From sequence record DRR723986_5034: 64,000 nucleotides of DNA; one strand, written 5' to 3'. Both the position numbers and the translations under genes were made by a program. Below, one piece after another: positions 1-9,546 of the stretch (position 1 is its first letter; every line of letters begins with the position of its first letter). The notes below the pieces were generated by a model. The model had not been told where the DNA came from. It did no database searches and was given only the letters and a program-made list of their open reading frames with translations.

Positions 1-1
1 G

Positions 2-241
2 CTTTCTGGTGGTCAGCAGCAGCGTGTGGCAATTGGTCGGTCATTTGCGGCCCGCCCCAAGCTTATTCTAGCGGACGAACCCACGGGAAACCTGGACGAA
101 GAAAATAGTGACATTGTGCTTGATATCGCCTTTGAGTTGGTTGAAAAAACCGGCTGCACACTGATGCTCGCAACCCACAGTCGGCGGCTTGCTCAAAGGG
201 CTGACCGAACGCTGCGGCTTAGTGCCGGCAGGCTAGCATGA
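2..241 (+). CDS. LolD/MacB-type ABC transporter ATP-binding protein (C-terminal part; gene truncated by window edge)
   Basis: Frame from position 2 reads LSGGQQQRVAIGR (ABC signature), then LILADEPTGNLD (Walker B/D-loop) and ATHS (H-loop). The stop overlaps the next ATG. Confidence 0.92.
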   Translation, partial: LSGGQQQRVAIGRSFAARPKLILADEPTGNLDEENSDIVLDIAFELVEKTGCTLMLATHSRRLAQRADRTLRLSAGRLA

Positions 242-2703
242 CCCTTTTTGTCATATCGCGAACCCTATTCAGCCATTGGCGAAGACACAAAATTCAGGCT
301 GTAACGCTTATTGTGGGGCTGGCAACAGCAACCGCCCTGTGGACCGCGGTGCAAGCTCTGAATAGCCACGCCCGCTCCAGTTATGCAGCGGCGGCATCAG
401 CTGTATCGGGTTCAAATCGGCCCTCTCTGGTAAAAAAGGGCGGCGGCCCTATCAACCAACAAGCCTTTGCAGACCTCAGGCGCGCAGGTATTGCTGTAAC
501 ACCGATTGTCGAAGGGCGGATTCTATACAGCGACAATGTTATTGAACTCACCGGTATCGACCCCTTAACCAACCAACTAAACAGTTTTGACAAAGCAGGG
601 GTGGGTTCTTCTCCGTCACCCTTAAATGGTGAAGCCTTACTCGCCTTCATTCAAGCACCCGGTGTCGTGTATGCCAACGCAGAAACAGCGGCTAGCTTGA
701 ACGCCTTTTTGGTGGATATTCCGCCTCAAACCCGCCCTGATGTGATTGATAAAACGGGTATTGTTAACGGAGCAGCCATCGGCGACATTACAACCATTCA
801 AAGGCTTTTGAAACAAGAAGGCACCTTATCAAAGCTCCTGCTGCCTGCTAGCGGTGCTCTTGAAGCAGGCGATCTGCCCGCGCCGTGGAATGATCAGTTA
901 AAATTTGAAGAACCGCCCCAGCAAGTAGACCTACAAGGCCTGACAGATAGTTTTCACCTAAACCTGACAGCCTTTGGTCTTCTCTGTTTTCTGGTGGGCC
1001 TGTTTATTGTTTACTCAGCCATTGGTCTCGCCATTGAAGACCGCTTGTCCAGCATTCGCACTTTGAGAATTTGTGGGGTTTCAAAACGGCGCTTAATTGG
1101 CTTGATGGTTTTCGAGATGGCCAGCCTTGCGGTTATTGCTGGCACCATTGGTGTGGTCCTCGGCTATATAATCGCCAGCCTTTTATTGCCTGATATTGCC
1201 GCAAGCTTGCGCGGCCTATACGGCGCGCGCATTGGCGGCAGTCTTTCACTGGATGCTTCATGGTGGCTCGGCGGCATTGCCATCAGTATAATTGGTGTTC
1301 TGGCTGCCGCCCTTGGCGGATTTTTCCGAGTGTCCAAAATGTCGCTTCTGGAATCTAAAGGCTCAGATGCCTGGTGGGCAAAACAACATAAAACCATTAC
1401 AATAAAAGCGACTTTGGCGCTAATTTTCCTGACTTTAGCGCTTATTTTCTATGGTTTTGGTGCCGGTTTAATGGCGGCGTTTGGTGTTATGGCCGGTATT
1501 CTGCTGGCCGCCGCCTTCCTGCTGCCGCTGCTTGTGCGTACATTTCTCACCGTTGGTCGCCGCTTTGCCACAACACCCTTGAGCCAATGGTTTTGGGCAG
1601 ACGCACGCCAGCAATTGTCTGGCCTCTCGCTAGCCTTAATGGCGCTACTTTTGGCCCTTGGTACCAATATTGGTGTGAGCGGCATGGTAAGCGGTTTTCG
1701 CAGTACCTTTGACGCTTTTTTGGAAGAACGGTTGTCAGCAAACCTATACGTATTAGCGGCCTCAAAAGAACAGGGCCGCGCGATCACAAGCTGGGCCAAG
1801 GACCACCCCCAAATTGACGCGCTATTACCCATCACCAGTGCCACAAGTCAGTTGGGCGGCGAGACCATTAATGTGGTTGGGTTTGAAGACCATGCTTCCC
1901 ACCGAAACACGTGGAGCTTTTTACAATCATCTCCCGATGTCTGGGCCCGCGCGGTTGCTGACAATGCCGTTTTAGTTAACGAGCAACTGGCACGCCGCAC
2001 TGAAAAATGGGTTGGCACAAGCGTGTCATTAGATACCGCGCAAGGGCCGCGCGCGTTCTCAGTTGTTGGGGTTTACTCTGATTACGGCAACCCACGTGCG
2101 GAAGTGCGTATGACCAATACAGCCCTTCTGGGGAACTGGCCAGATGCTGAGCAACGCCGCTTTGCCATCATCACACCCGCAAGCGATCGAGTCAGAGCCA
2201 ATATAATTGCAGACTTTAACTTGTCCGGTAGCCAGATTATCGACCAAACTGCGCTGAAAACTTTTTCGCGCAACATTTTCGAGAAAACATTCACAGTGTC
2301 AGATGCGCTTAGCGGGCTTACGCTCGGTGTGGCGGCGGTTGCCATGTTCACCAGCTTACTAACCCTGTCCGGTGCACGGATTGCAGGCGTTGCGCCTTTG
2401 TGGGCGATGGGTGTTCCCCGCCGAACACTTGCATTTTATGAATTAATGAAAACACTGCTGCTGTCCCTCATCACGGCTATTGCCGCCATTCCGCTGGGCA
2501 TTGCGATAACATGGTGTTTGGTGGCAGTTGTAAATGTTGAGGCCTTTGGCTGGCGGCTACCGTTACAGCTATTTCCAGCACAGTGGCTGGCGGTAAGCTT
2601 GTTGGGCCTTCTTAGCGCACTAATTGCCGCAATCTACCCAACGATAAAACTGCGAAAAACACCACCCGCTCTATTGTCGAAGGTATTTGCCAATGATCAT
2701 TAA
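238..2703 (+). CDS. FtsX/MacB-family ABC permease with two periplasmic/FtsX modules (AttF/G-like)
   Basis: 821 aa with a repeated pattern of TM, periplasmic domain and three TMs. FtsX-type motifs RTLRICGVS and PLWAMGVP. Coupled to the upstream ATPase. Confidence 0.85.
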   Translation: MTLFVISRTLFSHWRRHKIQAVTLIVGLATATALWTAVQALNSHARSSYAAAASAVSGSNRPSLVKKGGGPINQQAFADLRRAGIAVTPIVEGRILYSDNVIELTGIDPLTNQLNSFDKAGVGSSPSPLNGEALLAFIQAPGVVYANAETAASLNAFLVDIPPQTRPDVIDKTGIVNGAAIGDITTIQRLLKQEGTLSKLLLPASGALEAGDLPAPWNDQLKFEEPPQQVDLQGLTDSFHLNLTAFGLLCFLVGLFIVYSAIGLAIEDRLSSIRTLRICGVSKRRLIGLMVFEMASLAVIAGTIGVVLGYIIASLLLPDIAASLRGLYGARIGGSLSLDASWWLGGIAISIIGVLAAALGGFFRVSKMSLLESKGSDAWWAKQHKTITIKATLALIFLTLALIFYGFGAGLMAAFGVMAGILLAAAFLLPLLVRTFLTVGRRFATTPLSQWFWADARQQLSGLSLALMALLLALGTNIGVSGMVSGFRSTFDAFLEERLSANLYVLAASKEQGRAITSWAKDHPQIDALLPITSATSQLGGETINVVGFEDHASHRNTWSFLQSSPDVWARAVADNAVLVNEQLARRTEKWVGTSVSLDTAQGPRAFSVVGVYSDYGNPRAEVRMTNTALLGNWPDAEQRRFAIITPASDRVRANIIADFNLSGSQIIDQTALKTFSRNIFEKTFTVSDALSGLTLGVAAVAMFTSLLTLSGARIAGVAPLWAMGVPRRTLAFYELMKTLLLSLITAIAAIPLGIAITWCLVAVVNVEAFGWRLPLQLFPAQWLAVSLLGLLSALIAAIYPTIKLRKTPPALLSKVFANDH

Positions 2704-3775
2704 ACATATAGGTGCCATGATTAGTCTTGCCATGATCCTCACAGCGCCCGTCTATTCACAAGGGTTTGCAGGCCTTGGCACAAAAGCAGCTGGGTTTGAA
2801 AAGGTAGTCCCCGGCAGGCAAATCCGCTTCCCGGAAGACCTAGGCAGCCATCCGAATTTTCGTATTGAATGGTGGTATGTTACCGCTAATTTAAATGCAG
2901 AAAACGGGCAAGCTTTCGGCGTGCAGTGGACGCTGTTTCGACAAGCCACCCAGCCACAAACTGCCGCCGTTGAACCCGCCATCCCCTCATGGTCAGCATC
3001 CGAATTTTGGATGGGGCACGCTGCGCTAACTGGTGCTAATATGCATTTTGCAGCAGAAAAAGTTGCGCGCGGCGGCATTGGCCAAGCCGGTGCAAAGCCA
3101 AGCCCGTTTGACGCATGGATTGATGACTGGGCCTTCACTCAAAAAATGTCGAGCGACGATGGCATGCCGCGCTATATTATCAACGCGAGTGGTGATGATT
3201 TCGCCTATAGCCTGAACTTATCGCAAACCGGCCCTATGGTGCTGCAGGGCGAGGCAGGCTACAGCGTTAAATCTGACCAAGGTCAGGCCTCTTATTATTT
3301 CAGCAACCCATACCTTAAGGTGGACGGTGCGATTACCATAAACGGCAAAATGCTGAAGGTAACCGGTGGCGCGTGGCTGGACCGTGAATGGAGCAGCCAA
3401 CCCCTGGCCAGCAACCAAAAGGGCTGGGACTGGTTTTCTCTGCGCTTCGAAGGCGGTGAAAAGCTCATGCTGTTTGGCCTGCGCGGCGACACTGACCAGC
3501 CTTATAAGTCAGCCACATGGATTAGCCCTGACGGCGAGACAGAAACGCTTCAAGGTAGCTCGTTGCAAATGCAGCCGCTCCGTTTTGCTACCCTGCAAGG
3601 GCGTGAAGTGCCGGTAGAATGGCAAGTAAAAGTACCTTCAAAAAATGTAACAATAACTGTCAAAGCCCTAAATGATAATAGCTGGATGAACACCAGCATT
3701 TCATACTGGGAAGGGCCTGTTATAGTAACAGGCAGCCACGCAGCGGCAGGGTATCTGGAAATGACCGGCTACTGA
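2693..3775 (+). CDS. Secreted AttH-like / CrtC-like lipocalin-fold protein
   Basis: Signal peptide, then FPEDLGSHPNFRIEWWYVTANL, SYYFSNP, WLDREWSS, GWDWFSL, YWEGPV and a C-terminal GYLEMTGY, all typical of the family. ATG 2693 has GAAGG upstream. Confidence 0.8.
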   Translation: MIIKHIGAMISLAMILTAPVYSQGFAGLGTKAAGFEKVVPGRQIRFPEDLGSHPNFRIEWWYVTANLNAENGQAFGVQWTLFRQATQPQTAAVEPAIPSWSASEFWMGHAALTGANMHFAAEKVARGGIGQAGAKPSPFDAWIDDWAFTQKMSSDDGMPRYIINASGDDFAYSLNLSQTGPMVLQGEAGYSVKSDQGQASYYFSNPYLKVDGAITINGKMLKVTGGAWLDREWSSQPLASNQKGWDWFSLRFEGGEKLMLFGLRGDTDQPYKSATWISPDGETETLQGSSLQMQPLRFATLQGREVPVEWQVKVPSKNVTITVKALNDNSWMNTSISYWEGPVIVTGSHAAAGYLEMTGY

Positions 3776-3836
3776 GCCATAGCTTAGCTCTTACCGGCTA
3801 TGACTGACCAATAACCTATTGTTTGCTTGATGAACC

Positions 3837-3851
3837 GCGGCGGCTAGTCGC
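3837..3851 (+). promoter_or_regulatory. RegA/RegR/PrrA binding box upstream of aox
   Basis: GCGGC-GGCTA-GTCGC is an exact match to the RegR box GCGGC-N5-GTCGC, about 105 bp before the aox start. Confidence 0.6.
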
Positions 3852-3955
3852 ATTCCTACCTGCATAAAAATACCGTAGGGTAACAATTGCTGTTCAACAC
3901 GATGAGTGAAACCCCCAACATCGTAACGACGCAACATGCAAGTCGGAGACATGAA

Positions 3956-4645
3956 ATGGCTACCAATATAAAAAAAGCGAACAAATCCGCCTTACCATTC
4001 ACCGCTGGTGACCACTATCACCCTATCAGTTTTAGTGATCGTTTTGCCTATGGTTTTGTAAAGTTTTTACGCTTTTTTGCTGACCTTTTTTTCCGGAAAC
4101 GCTACGGCCACCGCGCTGTTGTATTGGAAACTGTCGCAGCAGTACCGGGGATGGTAGGCGGTCTATTACAGCATTTGAAAGCTCTGCGCCAAATTCGCGA
4201 TGATCAGGGGTGGATTGCCGAATTATTGGAAGAAGCCGACAACGAGCGCATGCACCTAATGACCTTTATCAAAATCTCAAAGCCAACTGCGGCTGAGCGC
4301 ATGGTTATTATAGCTGTTCAAATGATTTTTTATAATCTCTATTTCTTCCTCTATTTATTCTCCTCAAAAACTGCGCACCGTGTGGTAGGCTATTTCGAGG
4401 AAGAGGCTGTTCGCAGCTATACTGATTATCTGGCCGAAATTGATGCTGGCAATCTGGAAAATGTGCCAGCCCCACAGATTGCCATTGATTATTGGAATTT
4501 GGACGCCGACGCCACCTTGCGCGATGTTGTTGTGGTTGTCCGCGCTGACGAAGCCGGACACCGCGACCGCAACCACGGGTTTGCCGATGCAATCAAAAGC
4601 AAGCAATACCCGGGACATGCCCCCGAGCCTTTCGGGGCAGACTAG
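3956..4645 (+). CDS. aox: Alternative oxidase (di-iron ubiquinol oxidase)
   Basis: All AOX ligand motifs present: [39 protein letters not shown]. Start moved to ATG 3956 (GGAG SD upstream). Confidence 0.95.
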   Translation: MATNIKKANKSALPFTAGDHYHPISFSDRFAYGFVKFLRFFADLFFRKRYGHRAVVLETVAAVPGMVGGLLQHLKALRQIRDDQGWIAELLEEADNERMHLMTFIKISKPTAAERMVIIAVQMIFYNLYFFLYLFSSKTAHRVVGYFEEEAVRSYTDYLAEIDAGNLENVPAPQIAIDYWNLDADATLRDVVVVVRADEAGHRDRNHGFADAIKSKQYPGHAPEPFGAD

Positions 4646-4655
4646 GAACGGCAAA

Positions 4656-5093
4656 ATGACGCACGATACGCATATAACCACGCGCACAACTAAGCCCGCC
4701 TTTGTTGTCGAGGATGATGTGATTAAAACTGTTGTGCATCGTTTTTACGACAAAGTGCGTGTCCACCCGGAACTAGCACCTGTATTCAATAAAGCAATTA
4801 ACGATTGGGAGCCGCATTTGGCCACCATGGTGAACTTTTGGTCGTCGATCATGAACACCAGCGGCCGGTATAAAGGCCAACCCATGCCCAAGCATATGGC
4901 CCTGCCCGGCCTTACCCCGAAGCATTTTACCCAGTGGCTCAACTTGTTTAAGGACACTGTCGCTGAGAATTGCACACCAGAAGTTGCTGCGCGTTTTGTT
5001 AAAAAGTCCGAGATGATTGCCAAAAGTTTCCAGCTCGGTATTTTTGGCCTGCCCAGCCTGAAAAAACAGGCCGAGCCGCCAGTACAGAACTAA
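4656..5093 (+). CDS. Group III truncated haemoglobin (2/2 globin)
   Basis: VVHRFYDKVR..ELAPVF..DWEPHL..FWSS..YKGQPMPKH..HFTQWLNLF. Likely start is ATG 4656, 10 nt after the aox stop. Confidence 0.9.
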   Translation: MTHDTHITTRTTKPAFVVEDDVIKTVVHRFYDKVRVHPELAPVFNKAINDWEPHLATMVNFWSSIMNTSGRYKGQPMPKHMALPGLTPKHFTQWLNLFKDTVAENCTPEVAARFVKKSEMIAKSFQLGIFGLPSLKKQAEPPVQN

Positions 5094-5107
5094 AACACTA
5101 TTGTATT

Positions 5108-6673
5108 TTATTCCGCTTCAAACTGCTGTGGCGAACGGCGATGGTTGGTGGCTTGCTCATAAGCATAAGCAAATTTTATTAAAGCCCCTTCCGCATATGG
5201 CCGACCTAGTATTTGCAAACCAGCCGGTAGCACCCCGCGTGTATAGCCCATGGGAACAGTCACAGCCGGCAACCCCGTTGCTGGTGCAACCAATTGGCTA
5301 TTGTCGCCTTTATAATCATCATGCGCAGTTTCCAGCGGGGCAGGCGGGTTGGTCCAGGTGGGGTAAATAATGGCATCAACATTTGCTGCATTCATGGCTG
5401 TAATCACGTCCTCCATATAGGCCTTTCGGGCAGGATGTTTGGGGTAATCAAGGCAAGGCGGGTCTGCCTGTTCTGGGTGTTGACCCAGCGGCGCAGCCCC
5501 GAAAAATTCAAGGCCGTCTTTGATATAGGGCGAATACTCACCGCTTTCATAAACTTCCATCACATCTTTGATCGGCGCATCAGGCCCTAATGATTTCAGA
5601 TACTGCTGCATGTCATAGCGAAAGCGAACGCAAAATACGTCGGCATCCAGATGACTAGGGAAGTTTTCGACGGTGAAAGGATCAACAATAGTTGCCCCGG
5701 CATCACTTAAGTCGGCAATTGCCTGCTCAAAAACCGCCACAACTTCGGCATCAGCATCATCGGTGTTTACCAATGCTCGCAGCACACCTATACGCGCGCC
5801 TTTCAGGCCATCCGCGTCCAGGAAGGACGTGTAATCTTTTTCTCTTTTGCCCTTACCCAATTCGGTAAAAGGGTCTGCTGGGTCGTAACCCGCCACCACA
5901 TCAAAAATGCGCGCGCCGTCCGTGACCGTGCGGGTCATCGGCCCGGCAATATCCCAATCAAACGATAAGGGAATGACCCCGTCGCGGCTGGTGAGCCCAA
6001 TGGTAGACCGAATACCAAACAGCGCCAGATGTGATGATGGTCCGCGGATGGAATTGCCGGTATCTGACCCCATGCCAGCGACACCGAAACTGGCCGCTGT
6101 GCCGGACGCCGTGCCACCGCTGGAACCTGCCGGTGTTTTGCTCAGGTCATAGGCATTGGCGGTAGTGCCAAACGAAGAACTTACCGTTTGGCGCGGGCTA
6201 AAGGCCCATTCCGCCATATTGGTTTTGGCAAGCACAATCGCCCCGGCTTCGCGCAACTTGCGCACCATAAAGGCATCATCAGGTGGGATACTACCCTTTA
6301 AGGCAATAGAGCCACCCGTTGTTGGTAAGTCATACGTATCAAAGTTATCTTTAACCAATATTGGGGCGCAAAACAGTGGTCCCACCACCTCGCCCTGCGA
6401 TAAGGCTGTGTCAATCTCATCTGCCCTTTGAAGCGCTGCAGGATTGATCATGGAAATAGCATTTAAGCCACTTGGGGCATCATAGACCTTAATGCGATTC
6501 AGATAGCCTTGCACAATCTGGCGGCATGTCATGCGCCCGCTTGATAGGGCCGTTTGCACATCAGCAATGGTTGCTTCAACGAAACGAAATGGCTCTGAAT
6601 TTGTCTCTTGGTCTGCAGGTGTACACCCTATCAAACCGGTCGCGACCATTGCACTGAGAATAAACTGTTTCAC
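5108..6673 (-). CDS. Amidase-signature family amidase, lipoprotein
   Basis: Lipobox LIGC. Ser-cisSer-Lys motifs PILVKDN, GSSGG, GSDTGNSIRGP. Confidence 0.9.
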   Translation of the reverse strand: MKQFILSAMVATGLIGCTPADQETNSEPFRFVEATIADVQTALSSGRMTCRQIVQGYLNRIKVYDAPSGLNAISMINPAALQRADEIDTALSQGEVVGPLFCAPILVKDNFDTYDLPTTGGSIALKGSIPPDDAFMVRKLREAGAIVLAKTNMAEWAFSPRQTVSSSFGTTANAYDLSKTPAGSSGGTASGTAASFGVAGMGSDTGNSIRGPSSHLALFGIRSTIGLTSRDGVIPLSFDWDIAGPMTRTVTDGARIFDVVAGYDPADPFTELGKGKREKDYTSFLDADGLKGARIGVLRALVNTDDADAEVVAVFEQAIADLSDAGATIVDPFTVENFPSHLDADVFCVRFRYDMQQYLKSLGPDAPIKDVMEVYESGEYSPYIKDGLEFFGAAPLGQHPEQADPPCLDYPKHPARKAYMEDVITAMNAANVDAIIYPTWTNPPAPLETAHDDYKGDNSQLVAPATGLPAVTVPMGYTRGVLPAGLQILGRPYAEGALIKFAYAYEQATNHRRSPQQFEAE

Positions 6674-6809
6674 TCACGTTGCCCCTTAATCAAATTCTCT
6701 GCGTCAACTCTATCAGCCTTTAGTAATTTTCAAAACCCTCAGCAGGAATTTGTGAAGCGTAATATACTTACCCTATAATAATGGATATGAGAGCCACCTT
6801 TCAGCAATC

Positions 6810-6838
6810 TTGACTATTTGGTCAGGAATACCTAAGCT
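6810..6838 (+). promoter_or_regulatory. Sigma70 promoter of the pyrimidine operon with a RutR/PydR box overlapping the -35
   Basis: TTGACT-N17-TAAGCT. Positions 6810-6825 read TTGACTATTTGGTCAG against the RutR consensus TTGACCAnnTGGTCAA (2 mismatches). Confidence 0.75.
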
Positions 6839-6869
6839 TCGGTATGGAAATGAAAAAAGGGAGTGTATA

Positions 6870-8225
6870 TTGCCCTCAAATGCCAGCAAAAGCCTTCATG
6901 GCGACAGCACATGCAGTAGCGATATTGCAGCCAATTTCGATGACCTGCATAAGCCGTTGAACGCGCTGCAAGCGGTCAGTGCGGCTGATCATTGCCTTTA
7001 TTGCTACGATGCCCCCTGCATTCGGGCATGCCCCACTTCCATTGATATACCCACCTTCATTCACCAAATTCGCACCGACAATGTCATGGGGGCGGCCCGC
7101 ACCATTTTGTCAGAAAACATTATGGGCGGCACCTGCGCCCGCGCCTGCCCCACAGAGGTTTTGTGCGAGCAAGCCTGCGTATATAATCACGGCGATGAAG
7201 CCCCAGTTGAGATCGGCCTCTTGCAGCGATATGCGGTTGATCACCTAATGGAAGCTGGCGGTGCGCACCCTTTTGAGCGGGGCAAAGATACTGGTAAGCA
7301 CATTGCTGTTGTGGGGGGCGGGCCAGCAGGCCTTTCCTGCGCGCACCGCGCCGCGATGCTTGGCCACAAAGTCACAGTCTATGAAGCCAAAGCAAAGCCC
7401 GGCGGACTGAATGAGTATGGCTTAGCAGCATACAAAATGGTTGATGATTTTGCTCAAAAAGAAGTCAACTTTTTACTCGACATTGGCGGCATTGATATCA
7501 ACTACAATCAAACGCTTGGCGAAAACCTGGACCTTCAACAATTGCTTGAAAATTTTGATGCTGTATTCCTTTCTGTCGGATTGGGTGGAACCAACAAACT
7601 TGGTTTAGAAAATGAGAATATGAGCGGCGTTAATGACGCAATCGATTTCATTGAAACCTTGCGCCAAACCGACAACAAAACCGACATGAAAATCGGCAAC
7701 GACATTATCGTGATTGGTGGCGGCAACACAGCGGTAGATGCGGCAGTCCAAGCCAAAAAACTGGGTGCCCAAAATGTAACACTGGTTTATCGCCGCGGCG
7801 AGGAAGCCATGAGCGCAACACCTTATGAAGTTGAACTGGCGCGGAAAAACGGTGTGATAGTGGAACTATGGGCAAAGCCCGCAGCCATTAACGGTAGTGG
7901 TCACGTTTCAAGCATGACATTCGAGCGCACTAAAATGTTAAATGGTAAGATGGCCAGTACCGGTGAGAAGTTTGAAATCACGGCAGATACGGTGATGAAA
8001 GCCATTGGTCAGCAATTAGACATTACCCCCCTTAAAGGGTTTGAAATCGCAGGCGGTAAAATTTCTGTCACCGCTGATTTCTCTACCAATGTGTCGGGTG
8101 TATTCGCAGGCGGCGACTGCGTCAAAACCGGCGAAGACCTAACCGTTCAAGCGGTAGAAGACGGCAAACAAGCGGCTCATGCTATTAATGAGTATCTGAC
8201 AAGCGAGGAGGCGCACAATGGCTGA
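6870..8225 (+). CDS. preT: Dihydropyrimidine dehydrogenase subunit (GltD-like, FAD/Fe-S)
   Basis: CLYCYDAPC..ACP, CARACP..CEQAC, GGGPAG and GGGNTA motifs, directly upstream of preA. TTG start at 6870 after GGGAG. Confidence 0.9.
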   Translation: MPSNASKSLHGDSTCSSDIAANFDDLHKPLNALQAVSAADHCLYCYDAPCIRACPTSIDIPTFIHQIRTDNVMGAARTILSENIMGGTCARACPTEVLCEQACVYNHGDEAPVEIGLLQRYAVDHLMEAGGAHPFERGKDTGKHIAVVGGGPAGLSCAHRAAMLGHKVTVYEAKAKPGGLNEYGLAAYKMVDDFAQKEVNFLLDIGGIDINYNQTLGENLDLQQLLENFDAVFLSVGLGGTNKLGLENENMSGVNDAIDFIETLRQTDNKTDMKIGNDIIVIGGGNTAVDAAVQAKKLGAQNVTLVYRRGEEAMSATPYEVELARKNGVIVELWAKPAAINGSGHVSSMTFERTKMLNGKMASTGEKFEITADTVMKAIGQQLDITPLKGFEIAGGKISVTADFSTNVSGVFAGGDCVKTGEDLTVQAVEDGKQAAHAINEYLTSEEAHNG

Positions 8226-9504
8226 TCTGGGGTGCGTGATTGGCGGGGTTGAAAGCATCAATCCTTTTTGGCTGGCCTCAGCGCCGCCGACCGACAAATA
8301 TTATAATGTTGTGCGGGCATTTGATGCTGGCTGGGGCGGCGTGGTATGGAAAACACTGGGCATAGACCCGCCGGTTGTTAATGTTTCCAGCCGCTACGGT
8401 GTCCATCAGGACACCGGCGGTGGTGTTATCGGCATCAACAACATCGAGTTGATTTCCGACCGCCCGCTAGAGACTAATCTGCGCGAAATAGAACAATGCC
8501 GAAAAGAATGGCCTGACCGGGTAATCATTGGTTCCATGATGGCGGAAATTGACGAACAGGCATGGAAAGAACTAGCGATTAAAATTGCCAATTCCGGGGT
8601 CCATGGCATCGAATTGAACTTAGGCTGCCCTCATGGCATGTGCGAACGCGGCATGGGCTCAGCAATCGGCCAAGTGCCAGAGATGGTCGAGCAGACAACG
8701 CGGTGGGTACGCGAAGCTGTTGATATTCCGGTATTCACCAAGCTAACACCCAATATTACCAATATTCTCTGGCCCGCTGAGGCCGCCAAACAAGGCGGCG
8801 CGCACGCGGTGTCATTGATCAATACGGTTAACTCTATTGTGTCAGTTAATCTGGACGAGATGGCACCCAACCCAGTCGTTGACGGCAAAGGCACGCACGG
8901 CGGTTATTGCGGTGCGGCGGTTAAGCCTATTGCGCTCAATATGGTTGCTGAAATTTCACGGGCGGTTGAAACTCAAGGCTTGGATATTTCCGCCATTGGC
9001 GGTATTGAAAACTGGCGCGACGCGGCTGAATTTATTGCTCTAGGCGCCAACGCGCTTCAGGTTTGCACAGCGGCCATGCTTTATGGTTTTCGCATTGTTG
9101 ACGACATGATTGATGGCCTGTCAGGCTTTATGGACCAAAAAGGCTATCGTTCCATCGAAGACTTCCGCGGCAAAGCTGTTGCCAATACGGTGGACTGGAA
9201 CGAGCTAAACATGAATTTCGACACCAAAGCCCTCATTGACCCGGACAAATGTATTGAATGCGGCCGGTGCCATATTGCCTGCGAAGACACATCGCATCAG
9301 GCCATTGAGTTTAAGGTCAGTGATTCCGGCAAACGAAGCTTCACCGTTATAGATGAAAACTGCGTCGGATGTAACCTTTGCGCCCACGTTTGCCCTGTGC
9401 CAGAGTGTATTGAAATGGTGCCAGTAGCAACTGACAAGCCTTATCTGACGTGGCCGGAGCATCCGCTAAACCCGCATAAGACAGACCCGATAAGCAGCCA
9501 GTAG
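8218..9504 (+). CDS. preA: Dihydropyrimidine dehydrogenase subunit (FMN, ferredoxin C-terminus)
   Basis: NPFWLASAPPT, NNIELIS, ELNLGCPHGM, KLTPNIT and two C-terminal CxxCxxCxxxC clusters. Confidence 0.95.
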   Translation: MADLGCVIGGVESINPFWLASAPPTDKYYNVVRAFDAGWGGVVWKTLGIDPPVVNVSSRYGVHQDTGGGVIGINNIELISDRPLETNLREIEQCRKEWPDRVIIGSMMAEIDEQAWKELAIKIANSGVHGIELNLGCPHGMCERGMGSAIGQVPEMVEQTTRWVREAVDIPVFTKLTPNITNILWPAEAAKQGGAHAVSLINTVNSIVSVNLDEMAPNPVVDGKGTHGGYCGAAVKPIALNMVAEISRAVETQGLDISAIGGIENWRDAAEFIALGANALQVCTAAMLYGFRIVDDMIDGLSGFMDQKGYRSIEDFRGKAVANTVDWNELNMNFDTKALIDPDKCIECGRCHIACEDTSHQAIEFKVSDSGKRSFTVIDENCVGCNLCAHVCPVPECIEMVPVATDKPYLTWPEHPLNPHKTDPISSQ

Positions 9505-9546
9505 GCAAAGGAACAAAAGACCTAATGTCAAACTGGGGAGGTTGAC

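Noticed and set aside
3827-3840. FNR/FixK half-site TTGAT upstream of aox
   Set aside because: Second half is CGCGG rather than ATCAA, so there is no palindrome.
3855-3879. NsrR-like site CCTAC-CTGCAT-AAAA-ATACC-GTAGG upstream of aox
   Set aside because: Spacing is one base short of ATGYAT-N5-ATRCAT and the right half is poor. Biologically attractive but not supportable.
4440-4655. N-terminal extension of the globin ORF, and similar extensions of preT, hydA, PPIase, YjiH, SnoaL and argD in the ORF track
   Set aside because: They overlap upstream genes or promoters and lack family similarity. Downstream starts fit the family N-termini and mostly have better SD sequences.
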